Positions 22,093 to 35,690 of a stretch of 64,000 bases of DNA are shown here, piece after piece. This DNA is from Takakia lepidozioides. Lineage: Eukaryota > Plantae > Bryophyta. Where the stretch lies: contig CM060731.1 of NCBI GenBank assembly GCA_030704615.1, forward strand, positions 1,488,001 to 1,552,000, written 5' to 3'. The position numbers and the translations under genes were made by a program. The stretch's first letter is position 1. Each line of letters opens with the position of its first letter. The notes beneath the pieces were generated by a model, which saw only the letters and a list, made by a program, of their open reading frames with translations, was not told the DNA's origin and did not search any database.

Positions 22093-23000
22093 GTTGTCAA
22101 GCGAAATCACCCCGCCCAAACCCCAATACAAAAAATACAAACCACACCCTCCCCTAGGCCTCCATGGCTTGCTAGTGGGGGGGGGGATTAGCACAGGCCC
22201 TATAATGGCCTTATATCATAGATCCAGTCTACTGGCCTACTTTGCCAGAGCTGGCTATTTTCACAATAGTAATCAAATACAAAGATTCATTCTTCCAACA
22301 ATTTAAATACAAGCCTCTATTGGTTCCCTTACCGTTAGACTATGGGGGTCTTCCCCTTGTCACTTCTAGACATGAAATAATGGGACTCCACAATGCATTC
22401 TCCTCTTTTGAAGAGGTTAAATCAAATTTTCAACTTCAAGCTTTGCTTGGAAAATAAATGAATCACATACACAAATGGTGAAATGGTAAGAAGGGATCAA
22501 CCTTTCTATGCGAGAGTGCTTGGGATGCTCTATCGACTCAAGTAATGGTACCTATGCGGCCTTCACTCGGGCTCTCGTCCATAAGTCCATAACAGCCCCT
22601 CCCATTCGTCCTCAAGTCACTTTCCTCCACATGAACTTGCCCTCTTCCTTCACAAATGAAAATGGCTCAAAGGCCCACAATTGAAATGGCTCAAAGGCTC
22701 AAAAGCTAGGCCACTTGCCTTAGCTTACAAGAATCCTACCTGACTAGGGAGCTTCAAGCTCCACTCCCTAAGATCTAGCCCCTCCTCAAGCCAAAAAACT
22801 AGCAAGCACTACAACAACAAGCAAGAGGAAACTAAGCAAATGAGCTAGATGAAGAATAAGAGAGCCTTGCCCCCTTTTTTATACTGTTGTTGTGCCTATT
22901 AGTTTAAGGGAAAATATTGATTAAACTATTATTTCCTATGAAGATCTATAATATACTATTCTAAATGGATGAAAAGTCTTAGAGGCAAATGAAAGCTGTC
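22093..23000 (-). mobile_element. Probable LTR-retrotransposon LTR remnant
   Basis: Minus-strand TATA-like tataaaaaagggg near 22880, followed by CT/TG-rich sequence ending ...ttgacaaca at 22093. No PBS or second LTR identified. Confidence 0.3.
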
Positions 23001-24154
23001 TCTTCATCCATCCAGTTGAATGACCAGTTGGCGCGAGTTGTCATTTCATCCATCCAGCTCCTCAAGGCGAATTCCAGGATTTTTCATCCATCCAAGAAGT
23101 AGAAATGCAAATAATAGGCCTTGTGAGTGCCATTGACTCAATAATTTGGCCCCGCTGCTACTTGGTGACAAACTACAATTATATACCCTCTATCAGCCTG
23201 TAAATTCTCAGTTCCATCGGTGGTAAAACGTTGCACTTCTCGCCATTCGTCGTATTTTCGCTACACACATATTTTGTGGTATATTTGAAATCAAATCCCT
23301 GGTGATGGCTCTGGGGTCTTTGACCCTGCCACTGAGTCATAGGTTGTCCGGAGTCCCCTCCAGTTGTCCTGCACTGCTAACAAGTCCACGCTTCGCCGCT
23401 TGAAGTCATCTTAATCTGTTGTCGTTCCGATGCGGCCAATTGCTTTGTTGCGATATTTCATCGCTATACATGTCGCTTCCACCAATTGCCAAGCTCCTCG
23501 CCGTGTGTTCCTACTGGACTTGAAAGGCGGGAGAAAAGAGAGATCGCAATCTGGGATTGGAACAATCGTCCTGTATTGTTCGAACATGATTAACTCGTCG
23601 TTTCTGGTACCGAATTGGCAATCTAATATGCTGTCGATGCAGCTTCCTACGGTAATCTTGACGCCAAAGTTCCTCTCCATGGTCGTCTCAGACACTGTCT
23701 AATTTCCTAAGTGCTTTACCAACGATTTCCAGATAACTAACAAACTAACCTGTTTTGGCAGTACAATGTCGAAACTGCTTGTCTTATGATAAAAAACGAT
23801 CTGAAAATAAAAGTGTATCAATATATGCATCTACAGCGTACTTCCTCGTCTAGACATCGTACGACGGTAAGTGGAGCCTACTCGAAGTCTGATAATTCTG
23901 TTGGAGGTTGAGGCTTCGGACCCAGAGGGCAACGAAATCATGTTTGAAGGCAGCTTCGAAAATCAGAATGTTCAAATCACTGCGTGGTCCCAAGTTCCAG
24001 GTGTTGGACACTATCGATGGTTGCAGGGACCTATAAATCATTTGAGTCAAGAACGAAGAGCCGAATACTTGGCAAGTACTATTCGTTGGATTTTGGATTT
24101 TCTCCAACTCTAAGCAAGTCCAAGATTTTACCACTCCTCGAGGAACTCAGCGCT

Positions 24155-25473
24155 AGAGGAGGGGGTGATGTCATGGACATAGCCCAGATGAACTTATCAG
24201 AAGTAAATATCAGAAGTTACCAAATTACCATGTTACCAAAACTTACCATGACTTACCGTGATTTACCATTATTTATCATGTTACCGAGAGTTTACCAAAT
24301 TATCAAAAGTAACTTGGAAATTGCTCAGGAAGCTTCATTTGGAGGAAACTTCTTCATCAAGATACCACTGTTGGACTTGTATGTTCATTTTTTAATACCA
24401 GACTGGTCTGGTATGAAAGGTCCCACCATTTTTTCATACTAGGCTGGTATAGGTATATATACAGGTATGAGCAACTTGGGTATGAATATGGTATGAGTAG
24501 TTGTACTTTGGGCTGTATATGAATATGATACTGGTATTGTCCTTTATCTGTAGTGATACTGGGGGGTATGAGCACTGGTATGGTATTTCTACAGCTCACC
24601 ATACATAGAAATAAATGTCATTTAGTACATAGCTAATTTTAATCCAAGCCGTGAAACACTAGGCAAGGCAACCCAAAGTAGTACAAAATAGCAAATGAAG
24701 TCTAAATTGCAACATGGAGCCTTGAATTAACCAAATTGTAGTACAGGGTATAACTAGCTGCACTAACATATACTCATACCTACCTCCATTTGCCATGAAC
24801 TCACCGCAATACTGGTATCGGGACCATGCTATTCCTCCATATACCCAGACTGGTATGGTATGTGTGCGGGGAATCCTAAAGCCATACTCCCGGAGTGCGT
24901 GTATCACATGGGTACACTGGTTCTTTCATACCCGACTGATATGTTCTTCAATATATATATTCATACTTGTATTCCATACCTAGGTTAAACCAGGTATACC
25001 AGTCCAACACTGCAAAATACCTCATTTGTTTAAGGAAGCTTCTCCATCCAGAAACCTTTGTTTACTCTTGGAAACTTCTCCATCAACAAACCTCCATAGG
25101 AGAAGCTTCTTAGGAAACTTCTTAGTAGCCATTATATATAGGAGGCGAGACTGGACATTCTTCAGTCTCGCCAACACAAGTTCAAGCTACTCTTGTTCCC
25201 AGTCGCAGTACTCCAGTCCAGCTTCCAGTACTCTAGTCCAGTTTCCAGTATTTGATACCCCAATCTAGTTTCCAGCATTCCAGTATTCGAGTCAAGTTCC
25301 AATATCTTGTACTCTTGTCCATTGTTATAAAGATCCTCTTGATTCATGTTTACCCACCATGCATTTGGCCACGCCGACCTTGACTTCTTGTCTAATCTTG
25401 TACCTCTAGTCTGATCTCTTGTTTGTGTTCAATCACGTTCTCGTCCTTGACACTAATATCTGGACACGTGACA
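24155..25473 (+). mobile_element. Polypurine tract plus 3' LTR of a Ty3/Gypsy-type element, split by a MITE
   Basis: agaggagggggtga PPT immediately before TGTCA at 24169; LTR ends TGACA at 25473; internal tatatataggagg TATA box near 25133. Confidence 0.7.
24366..25012. mobile_element. Non-autonomous hAT element (MITE)
   Basis: TIRs cactgttggacttgtat / ataccagtccaacactg (15/17 match); 8-bp TSD caagatac / caaaatac (7/8); internal ggtat/atacc repeats. Confidence 0.88.
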
Positions 25474-26559
25474 TATAATGAGGGGTTTGTCTTGAACTTT
25501 TAAATGTATTTAGAAATCAAAACCATGACTATACTTATGGGAGCTCGTTGCCAAGTGTTTTGGTTGGATATGACACATATCAATGTATAATTGGAGGTTG
25601 TTTAGTGATGTTAAAGTGATATTGCTTACTACCTATAGTAGAAGCCTAGTCGTGGACATGTCTTTCTGTAATATGCACTTCTACTGCTATAGTGATTCTA
25701 ACTACTGACTGCAATAATCCACATGACCCACCCAAGCGTAGCAACTACTGGTCATCAGGATGTCACAGCGAATCAAACAAGAAAGAACAAAGTGACAAAA
25801 AATGATTGTGCAAATCAATGCTTTATTCACATGCAACAATCACAGGAAATAACAAAGTCAGAAAGTTCATCACCATGTATTTCAAAACTTGATGACACAA
25901 GTAATTCATCACCCTGTATTTTTTGATCGGATACTTTTGTAAGTAGCACCATGTGCACCGAAAACAGAACCAGCCCTACTTTCTGTTTCATCTCCATCTA
26001 CGAGTATGACTTTCACTTTAAAAGCTTCCTCCATCTCAAATTGACCTACAAAAGTCAAACAAACCAATTGTCATGAGGCTGGAAACACATTGAAAAAATG
26101 CTCTCTGCCCTCTCGTGCCCTCTCTTCCTACTCTCCATTGCTCTGATACGAGGACGTTAATATCAGATTCACATGGGTTGAAGAAGACGGTACCTAGTTT
26201 TGTGAACTCCCAGGTACATCAACATGGTGCAGACTAGGGCAGAATTCACCGGCAGATGAACAAAGTGATGGTAATCTCCTGGAACACCAGCAAAGGGGGG
26301 TGCAACAAGACTCTGCAAGCGGTGACACAACACACAAAGGTGAAAGAAGAGACAGCTCTGATAGCGCTAGGGCTAGACATGAGAGCAATTCAAACCCAAG
26401 CACTTCAGCAAATGACAGAAGGAATGTATGGACAGAAGCCACAACGACGGAGATGCAACTACAATTGTTACATACTGTGGCAATTGAATGTGAAGTAAAA
26501 GCAGAGATGTTTTCGCATAATCCAATGGCAAGCAGAGAAGAACAGCAGCGTGACATACT

Positions 26560-26960
26560 AAATGACGTGCATGCTATGCACTATCTAACTTTTAGTGTCA
26601 TGAATGACTATCTGACGAAGGAAGAAGGAAGGAGGGTTCAAAGGCAAACCAGGAACTCCCTATGGAGTGAAGGAAAATTGCTTTACAAAGGGTTGATGGT
26701 CCCCAACAAGAGAGAAAGGGAAGGAATAGTACAACACGTGCATGAAAAAATGGGACATCTAGGGGTGAGGTGGATACAAAAGGAGATCTGTGCTCGTTTC
26801 TTCTGGCATAATTGTACCAAACAGATTGAACAAACGATAAGAAGTTGTATGAGGTGTTAGGCAGCACAGGTGTCAGGAACTCTATGATCCACCACATGAC
26901 CAAGTTCAAAAGCATACCTTCAAGGACTTGTTTTACAGAGTAGCAATGGATACGGCGTAG
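26560..26960 (+). mobile_element. Gypsy integrase Zn-finger fragment
   Basis: VHEKMGHLGVRWIQKEICARFFWHNCTKQIEQTIRSCMRC (H-H-C-C), followed after a frameshift by YRVAMDTA-like start of the integrase core. Confidence 0.8.
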
Positions 26961-27905
26961 GTCTCCAAAGCCTCCATACCACGTCCCTGCTGTGCATACC
27001 CTGCAAGCATCACGTTCCATGACACCACATCTCGTTCAGCCATAGTGTTGAAAACTCCCTTCACATCCTTCATGCACCCACATTTGGCATAGATGTCCAC
27101 CAGGGCAGTGTTCAGACTAACATCCAGTACACTTCCGGCTTTGACGATGTCACCATGGACCTCTTTCCCCTTTTCCAGAGCTCCCAGGCTTGCACACACA
27201 TTGCAAACACAAACAACTATGATGCGGTTGGGCTTCACCCCTTCGCGCAGCATTTGCTCATAGGTCTCCAAAGCATTCCTACCAACCCATGCTTGGTCAA
27301 TCCTGCCAACATTATATTCCACGTGATCAAAGATTGTTGAGGGATTCTGTTGAACACTGGGTGAGCATAGATGTACACCAGAGGAATGTTCAGAATGACA
27401 TCTGGTACAATTCCAGCTTTGATAATGTCACAATGAACCTCTTTGACCATTCCCAGGGCTGCTAGGCTCGCATATGCATATTATAAACACAAATGAACAT
27501 GACCTGGTCTGGCTTTATCCCTTCCCACATCATTTGCTCTTAGGTTTCCAAAGCCTTGATCCCATACCCATGCTGCACATACCTTGCAATCATGGCACTC
27601 CAAAACACCAATCTCGTTCAGCCATATTGTTGAACTCTCCCTTCGCATAAGGCTTGCTGCACCTACATTTGGCATACATGTCCACCCGGCCAGTGTTCAG
27701 AATGACATCTGGTACAAATCCAGCTTTTGCTGATGACACCATGGACCTCTTTCCCCATTTCCAGAGCTCCCAAGCTTGCACACGCATTGCAAACACAAAC
27801 AAACGTGATGTGGTTGGGCTTCACCCCTTCGCGCAGCAGTTGCTCATAGGTCTCCAAAGCATTCCTACCACACCCATGCTTGGTAACTCCTGCCAACATT
27901 ATATC
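26960..27905 (-). pseudogene. PLS-class PPR pseudogene fragment
   Basis: Repeated [48 protein letters not shown] and DVVSWNVMLAGYAQQG motifs, broken by frameshifts. Confidence 0.9.
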
Positions 27906-30141
27906 CCACAGAAAGCTGACTTAGAGAATGTCACTACTTTTGCTACCATTTGCTTTCCTGCACTAGCCTACAGTGATGAATGACATACTTGGAAAGTTGG
28001 TTTAAGATCCAGCAAACTTAGGAAGCCTACTACTCTGTGCACAGCCCGAAGGACCAATGGCTGGTTCAAGGACTGATACCAAGATCACCCTGATTATTCA
28101 AACACAAGGCACAAACACCCAACCCGAGCCTCTTGTAAACTATCATCATCAGTTAACAGCCAAAATTTATCCAGCTAAATTCCTCCTGAACCCACGCAGC
28201 AAGCAAAGACCATATAATTTGTCTGCTGCCTTCCTTTGAGATGCCTCTGCATTTAAGCACGAACCTCATACTTAAAAGGAGGGAAAGGAAATCAACACAT
28301 TTCTCCTGTTTCTAATTTGTTGCCTGCAGGTATGGTTATATATTATTGAGATACTGAATAGCAATAAACAACCAAATCTCATCCTCTTGTAATGTGGCCT
28401 ACTTGTAAATAGTTCCAAAATAAGCTCTAGGATGAATTAAACAACAACATGCACTATGAAGAGAAGGAAAGAGTTCTCACCTTGTCCTTGCTGCCAAGCC
28501 CATACTTTGAGACCAGACCTTCCAAGTACTTGATATGCTGAGCCCACACAGCCAAAAACATTTCAAGATATCTAATGAAATTAGGTTCCCAGTCCCCTTC
28601 ACATGATGCATTGTGCACCTAATTCCCTCAATGGAATCAACTCCATCAGGAGTCAAATCTCATTGTCAGACATGGTCCCTAAGATTTACAGGTACAATAC
28701 CTTTGTGTCAACAAGCTTTCAGCAAATAGCCATGTGGTGGTGGGTAGGACTGCTGGAGGTCAGTGACTGGCCTCTAGCAACCCAGCTTCAAGTGATCCAT
28801 AAAATCTGTAACCTACTAACTGAGTACATGGATTGCTGGTCCTAGAAGAACTAAGGGTCTGTTGGTGATATATGTGTGAACAAATGGGAATTAGAACTCA
28901 CCCAATAACATAAATAGGGTGCCCTTTCCTAGGCTGACATGTCCTATGCCCTCTGGATAAGGGGTCCATGCATTATAAATCTGAAAAGATAAACACCTAA
29001 GCTGTCCTTCTTCTTCTCTTCCTACATGTTGCAGGAAAATTTCAGGTCAATAGTTTGGCAGCATACTAAGCAATCACTGAACAAAATGCACTATATATGA
29101 ACTCTACTTGCCATGTATTCTATTACTCTGTCATGGCCTTACGTCAATTAGCTTCTGAATTTATGCGAGAGTAAGAGTGGAGTGCTTCATGGATACGACG
29201 GGATCTGGTTGACAAATTGTGACACCATCAGGCCATGGAAGTGTAACAACATTACTGAGGGCAAGAGGCTACAGTTCCATCCAGCACCCCATCAAAGTAA
29301 GCATTGGCAAGCATTAGCTAGGAATGCACCTTCGCCAATGTGCAGATTACTAACCATGCAAAATCCCAAAATTTCAACACAACACACAGAAGAACAACGT
29401 TCATGAAGGAAATCAGGTTATAATGGTGGACCAAACTAGAGGATGAGCACTTTCGTTGGGAAAAGGAACCAGAAAAGTTAGGTTGGGAAATCACCACATC
29501 GTCAAGTTTTTGAAAGCTTGTCACAAGGTCACTTCAGTTGTGCTTTGCACCTGTGTCACCAGCAAGTTGCACCAATGAGAGATACACAATGCACGACTAA
29601 TCAACCGGAACTCTATACAGGCAGCCTGATCGAGCCGCTCAAACAGCCAGGAACTCTCCAGGCGACCCTTGGTTCTGACATATTGCAGATCACCAGCAAA
29701 AATCTGTGCAGAATTTCCTTCCCATACGTCAAGTTGTCTCACGTTGATCTTGCAACCTAGTTGGAAGATCTAACAATGTTGAGGTGTCTTCAAGCACGAA
29801 CCTTTGCTGAAATTGCTATGTCGTCATTTGACTGCTTCGCATACAATATCACAATACGGAGTGCCTTGTCTGTGATGATCACTAGATCAAGAATGTTCAA
29901 AATTTCAGGACAAGACTATCTAGCTCCGGAAATATATGAAGGGCACTATAAACACAAGGCTTACCTACATTAGGCAGAGCGTATTTCTCTGCCATGGCCT
30001 TCAGCCAGTCAAGTGCCTCTTTTTTCAAGCTTAGAGAGGCTCCCGTCTTCTCGCCCTCCATTTTAAACAAGCCTTAAGCAATATCCAGAGAAGAAAACAA
30101 TTAGATCTTTCGATAACTCAATTCAAAGCATATCAATACGG

Positions 30142-32581
30142 CCCAGTCACCGTGAACGTCCCAAGTGACTTAGGAGAACGTCGTTTCTGACGTTCCTGGT
30201 GTAGTAAAAAAAAAAAAGTTCGTAAGGAAAACGTTTAGGGGTGGATGATAAAATTTTCATCCAAATTTGAATGGATTTAAAATCGGGCAACAAACCCTAG
30301 AGCCCTGCTAGAGCACATTCTTTCGAAATCAGGCATCAGCCTGCGACCGGGCCTGCGACGAGAGAGAGCGCGGTGCGGGAGGCAGATTCATGCTGGTGGG
30401 TGAGGAAAAACACAAGCGAGGTAGCTGTTGAGTGGCGTGGAATCATTATTGGGTGGTAGCAAGCAACATTCAGCTCAGTTCCACTTGTCAGGAAAGCATG
30501 TCTTCTCTAAACACCTGCACTAGTTCGGTCAGCAATGCATCCTCTTTTAGGAAGAGAGCACCAAAATTTCCTCCAAGCCCTGCACTTGAATGGTCATTGG
30601 TTGACTGTATCAATGCTCCAGTCCAGCATGGAAATGCTGGAAGTCAAGTGCAAACATTGTGGAAAAGAATTCAAGGCAGGGTCTGTTGGTCGTGTTAGAG
30701 AGCATTATTTTGGAGGAGGGAACATTGAGGTGTGCATCAGTGTCAGTGAGGAGAATTTAGCACCTGTGAGGGTAGTTGTGGACAAAATGAACCTAGAGAG
30801 AGCAACTACCAAGAGAAAACCAGAGGAGAGAGCCTCCCTGTCAAATAAGAAATCACTGAGTGCTTCACAACCTACATTGGCTGCATCTTGGCAAGCTGCA
30901 AAGATGCGAAAACAAGATGTAGACCAAGCTGTTGCACGTTTCTATTACTTATGTGGGGTTCAACTATGCAAGGACCCCATATTTTCAGAGTATGATATCA
31001 GCCATTTCGAACTATGGGGCAGGTTATAAAGCACCTGGTTCAGAGCAGTTGCGCACCACTTTGTTGTAGGATGTCAAAAAAGAGTTGAACAAAGACTTGC
31101 AGCCTATCATAGAGTCTTGGAACAAAACCGGATGCACATTGACTTGTGATGGGTGGTCTAATACCACCAATAGACCTCTACTTAATGCACTGTGTGTATC
31201 ACCCAAAGGAGAGTTTCTCAAGAAGGCTATTGATACGAGTGGACAAGAAAAAACAAGTGAGTACATCTCACAACAAATGATAGATGTCATGGAGGAGATT
31301 AGGTCTCAAAATGTTGTTCAGGTTGTCACAAACAATGCAGTTATCTGCAAGAGAGCCGGGAGACTCATAGAAGAGAAGTACCCTCACGTTACATTTTCAG
31401 GATGTACTGCACATTGCCTTGATTTGTGTCTCGAGGACATTGGCAACTTAGAGTGGGTTTCCTCATTTGTCAAAGAAGGAAAGTCTGTGGTGAAGTTTAT
31501 CACAAATCATCACTGCAGTCAAGCTTTTTTTCGGGAGTATTCTTTGAGAGACAAAGGACTGGAGCTCCTCAAACCGGGAGATACACTATTTGGGACATCT
31601 TTCATCATGCTTGAACGATTGTTGAAGGTGAAAACACCACTTCAACAAATGATTGTTAGCAGGGAATGGCACAATTGGGACCAGCCACGCAGCTCGAAGG
31701 GGGAAACAACTGTTGATAACCTACTGGCTCCTAGATTTTGGAAGAACTTGGAGCTCATTGTTGAGATTTCAGAGCCCATCTTCACCTTGTTGCGCATGGT
31801 TGATTCTAACATGCCAACAATGGGAAAATTTTATGAGAAAATGGATCAGCTCATTGAAAAAGTGCATAGCTTATCAGGGCTGTCAACAGAGAAGAAGAAA
31901 CAAGTTGTGGACATTTTGCAGGACAGATGGTTATTTATCCACAGTCCACTGCATTGTGCTGGATTTGTTTTAGACCCCGAATGGAGAGGAAAGGGTCAAG
32001 TGGGAGACAAGGAGGTTATGAAAGGGTTTCGTATAATCCGGGACAAATTCTATCCTGATGTTCAAAGTCAGGTTCTAGTGGAGAAGCAACTATCTACATT
32101 TCGTAACATGGAAGGATTGTTTTCTGATCCCGTTGCATCATTGGTGGCCAAAGAAGTTGCAGGTCATATTTGGTGGGAGTCTTATGGGGCTAAAACTCCA
32201 GAGCTTCAGAAGATTGCTATTAGAGTTCTTGCTCAAATTACTTCAGCATCTTCATGTGAAAGAAACTGGAGTACATTTGACTTACATTCATTCTAAAAAG
32301 CGCAATCTTTTGACTTCTTCTAAAGCAGCTGATCTTACATATGTTTTTGACCCTGACTATAAAGAGGAGTTTCTAGACTGGTCAGAGAGTGAGGATAGCG
32401 AGGAAGAGATTTGAGCTATGTATGTAGCATTATGTGTGCTCATACTATGATGAATAAAATTCGTTCGTTGCTCATGCCGTTTTCTGTTACGTTTTCCAAT
32501 TTCCTATTTTTTGAGAACTCCCGTTTTTTACATTTTCAAGAATTGCTTTTGTGAACTTGTTTTCCGTTCGCGGTGACTGGG
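30142..32581 (+). mobile_element. Full-length hAT DNA transposon (2440 bp)
   Basis: TIRs cccagtcaccgtgaac / gttcgcggtgactggg (15/16 match); perfect 8-bp TSD caatacgg on both sides. Confidence 0.95.
30535..32414 (+). pseudogene. hAT transposase (BED finger, DUF659, dimerisation domain) with frameshifts and a stop
   Basis: VKCKHCGKEF...RVREHY; GCTLTCDGWSN; CTAHCLDLCLEDIG; WWESYG...ELQKIAIRVLAQITSASSCERNWSTF. Confidence 0.92.
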
Positions 32582-32689
32582 CAATACGGATTGAGTTCCT
32601 TATCAACAATTGAATCATACCATGACTCAGTTCATCTATCTGAAAGAAGCAATGCGGATTTCCCGGATTGCCAGGGATCAGCGTCCACA

Positions 32690-33075
32690 CCTTCCATCTT
32701 GATGCACTTAAGCAAGGGACAGACATACGTACCTGAATATGCTGAAATGCCTCATTGGCTTAAAGTATGTAGAGCCTCTGTCAGTCAGCCTGCCGCAAAG
32801 CATCTTCACATGCCCAGAAGTGCCAGAAGAGGCATTGTGGACTCCCTCTCTTGATCCTCTTTCAGAAGTTGTGGTCATGGTTGAGGTGCCTGGTTTTATG
32901 AATTGTGCCGCTGCAGCTGCAGCCTTTAGTTGACCATCTACCCATGCAGGTTTCTTGTAGCTATTGATCCATAATCTGGTACAATTCCAGCTTTGGTGGT
33001 GCAACCATGCACCTCTTTGCCATTTTCCAAGAGTGGTTGTGTCTGCGATGCCTTGGACAGAGGTAGTGGGCATGG
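32690..33075 (-). pseudogene. N-terminal fragment of a PPR gene
   Basis: TSTMTTTSERGSREGVHNASSGTSGHVKMLC resembles [26 protein letters not shown] at the start of the PPR-DYW ORF (~53450). SYKKPAWVDGQL is shared with 34.6-35.0 kb. Confidence 0.65.
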
Positions 33076-33382
33076 CAATGGTGAGGCTGACAAATGATCC
33101 AAGGTCTAGCTAGTGGGGCTTCAATGCCATGGATACTCAACTGAAGATCATGGATTGCAGGAAGGCGACTAATGATGGGGCTACTTTTGCACCCGGCTTC
33201 TTGATCTATCGATTTTAGATGCTGGGACTTGTATGATTGAAGACCAAGCGATGATCTTATTGAGATGGATGTTTGTCGGCCATCCGGTGTTAGAGGGACC
33301 TAATCACCAACTAGGGGGGCGATTGTGGCATAGCTTTCTAGGATTGTATGCTTAGAATGTGTGGTGGACAGCGATGTATGTT

Positions 33383-33646
33383 CACTACAACAGATCGCGG
33401 TATATCTGACTGTCGAGCCGTAGTAGTCATGGTTTTCCTGACTTTGACCATGACTTCCTTGTATTTTTGGACCAAATGGGGCTTCACGTAGTCGTTGAAA
33501 TGACTACTTGATTACGTAGTCTTCTGGGCGACTACTTTGGTAGACATCGTCATGACTATATGGCTCCGCACTAGACAGAAGGGTGGTCAACGATGGTTGA
33601 CCAGCGCGAGCTTGCCACATAATAGTCGTGGGAATGACTTCTAGTG
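33383..33646 (+). mobile_element. CACTA-like left terminus with tagtc/gacta subterminal motifs
   Basis: cactacaacagatcgc at 33383, followed by dense atgact/tagtc motifs. Confidence 0.55.
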
Positions 33647-34419
33647 CAAGCTTGGTAACCAAAAAGTTAAAAAAAATTAAAAAATTGCTTATAGGGTTGC
33701 CCATTAGAGGGCTGGGACTTGGCCTCTTTTTGGGTTTTTTTTTTCTACTGCGCGTTTGTAGTATCGAGCCGAGAGATGAGAGATGGAACACGATGATCAC
33801 AAGAAATGCAGAGGCGTGGGATGGAGGCTTTGCAGACCTAGGAAGGGGTGAAGCGCAACCTCCACCGCAACCGCAAATGTGGGTTGGGCTCTTGGCTCCT
33901 GTTAGTACCATGATTTGGTATTCTTCCTGATGTTTACAAGGTTCTTGGGAGAGTCGGCTTGGTCTTAGCAGTCCGTGTTTCAATCGACGACCGCTCAGCT
34001 ACACCATGGTGGTTTTCACAGACCAATCCAACATTACCTAGCTAACTACAGACACAAGCAGCAGACACAAGAGGTCCTCTTGGCCGGTTCATGGTCAGTT
34101 AAATCCTCCATGGGTCATGACACAAGGTCAAGGACAATGTGGCGAGGGCAGCTTCTTCTTTGACCTATTTCAGCCTATTTTGACCTCTCATTAAACTCGG
34201 CCTTGATCCTGAATTTCTTCACGATGGTGGGACAACTGCAATCACAAGGTGTGGTTTTTTCTTAATGTACCATGTGAAGAAGTTAGTCCATCCTGCAAAT
34301 GTGGGCTCTTGGCTCCTGTTATGATTTGGTATTCTTCATAATATTTACAAGGTTCTTGGGAGAGTCAGTTTGGTCTTAGCAGGCCGTGTTTCAATCTCTG
34401 CATGCCCATCTGCACCGTG

Positions 34420-35580
34420 GTGAATGTCTGCTGGAAGTAGATGCCAGTCAGCATATGAACTAGTGTGATAAGTAAGGTTGGGTTATTTGCTGGAACAATT
34501 CTAGGCTGTCGTTGTCAGCTGCTAGCAGCAAGGCAAGGATGTATGCATGATTTGTGTAGAGGCATGGATAGTTGAAAGAGCTGGGATAGAGTGTGGGTCC
34601 AGATTCATCCAAGAGGGCCGGATTTCAGCTCCAGACTACCTATGACTCCCTGTGGAATGATAGCTACAAAAAACCTGCATGGGTAGATGGTCAATTGGAA
34701 GTCGCAACAGCAGCGACACAATTGATAAATTCAAGCACTGCTACTCAAGGCACCTTCTTCAACACATTTCACCCTGTTTTTCCCTCTTATCAGAATCGGC
34801 CCTAAATTGGTGAGGGTACATTTTTCGTCAATTCAGTTTGTTTTTTCCTCTCATCATTAGGGTTGGGGTGTTTGCTGGAAGGGCCGGATTTCAAGCACAA
34901 GATTACCTATGATTTCCTATGGATCCATTGCTACAAGAAACCTGCATATGTAGATGGTGAACTGGAAGCCGCAGCAGCAGCGACACAATTGATAAAATTA
35001 GGCACTGCTAATGAGGCAACCTTCTTCAACACATTTCACCCTGTTTTTCCCTCTTATCAAAATCGGCCCTAAATTTTCATGTTGAATTCTGCAAGTTACT
35101 GGTTGAGTGAACCTTTGATAATTTGTAATGCGTGTGCAAGCCTGGCTGCTCTGGAGAAGGGCAAAGAGGTCCATGGCGACATTGTCAGAGCTACAATTGA
35201 ACCACATGTCATTATGAACAATACCCTCGTGGACATGTATATAAGAAGGGAGTGTTTGACAGTATGGCTGAACAAAATGTGGGTGTCGTGGAGTGCGATG
35301 ATTGCATGGTGATATCGTCAAAGCTGGAATTGTACCAGATGCCATCCTGAACACTGCCTGGTGGACATGTTTGCCAAATGTGGGTGCATTCAGGATGCGA
35401 AGGGAGTTTTCCACACTCTGGCTGAACGAGATATGGTTTCGTGGAACACGATGCTTGCAGGGTATGCACAGCAGGGGCACGGGATGGAGGCTTTGGAGAC
35501 CTATGAGCAAATGATTGGGGAAGGGTGAAGCCGGACCACATCAGGTTTGTGTGCGTTTGCAGTGCGTGTGCAAGCCTGGC
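34420..35580 (+). pseudogene. PPR pseudogene (duplicated 5' region plus PLS repeats), cut by the Gypsy remnant
   Basis: SYKKPAWVDGQL...TFFNTFHPVFPSYQNRP-type segment occurs twice, then CNACASLAALEKGKEVHGDIV and SWNTMLAGYAQQGHGMEALETYEQ. Confidence 0.85.
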
Positions 35581-35690
35581 ACCTCCTCAAGTGGTGGTGT
35601 TAAACATCCCATGTGCTACCCCCTTGAGCATTTGTCACACACCAACATGGTTGCGGCACCACCAGCATGTCCACATAGCATGCAACGCAA
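35578..35690 (-). pseudogene. PHD finger at the integrase C-terminus
   Basis: Manual translation CMLCGHAGGAATMLVCDKCSRG*HMGCLTPPLEEVPG gives C4-H-C of a C4HC3 finger, truncated at the junction with the PPR pseudogene. Confidence 0.85.

Noticed and set aside
26138-26152. tRNA-iMet primer-binding-site-like sequence (gctctgatac)
   Set aside because: The match is imperfect, with no adjacent LTR end or recognisable gag.
28480-28560. Exon-like minus-strand fragment (FLAVWAQHIKYLEGLVSKYGLGSKDK followed by GTGAG)
   Set aside because: Too short to assign, and no partner exons could be identified.
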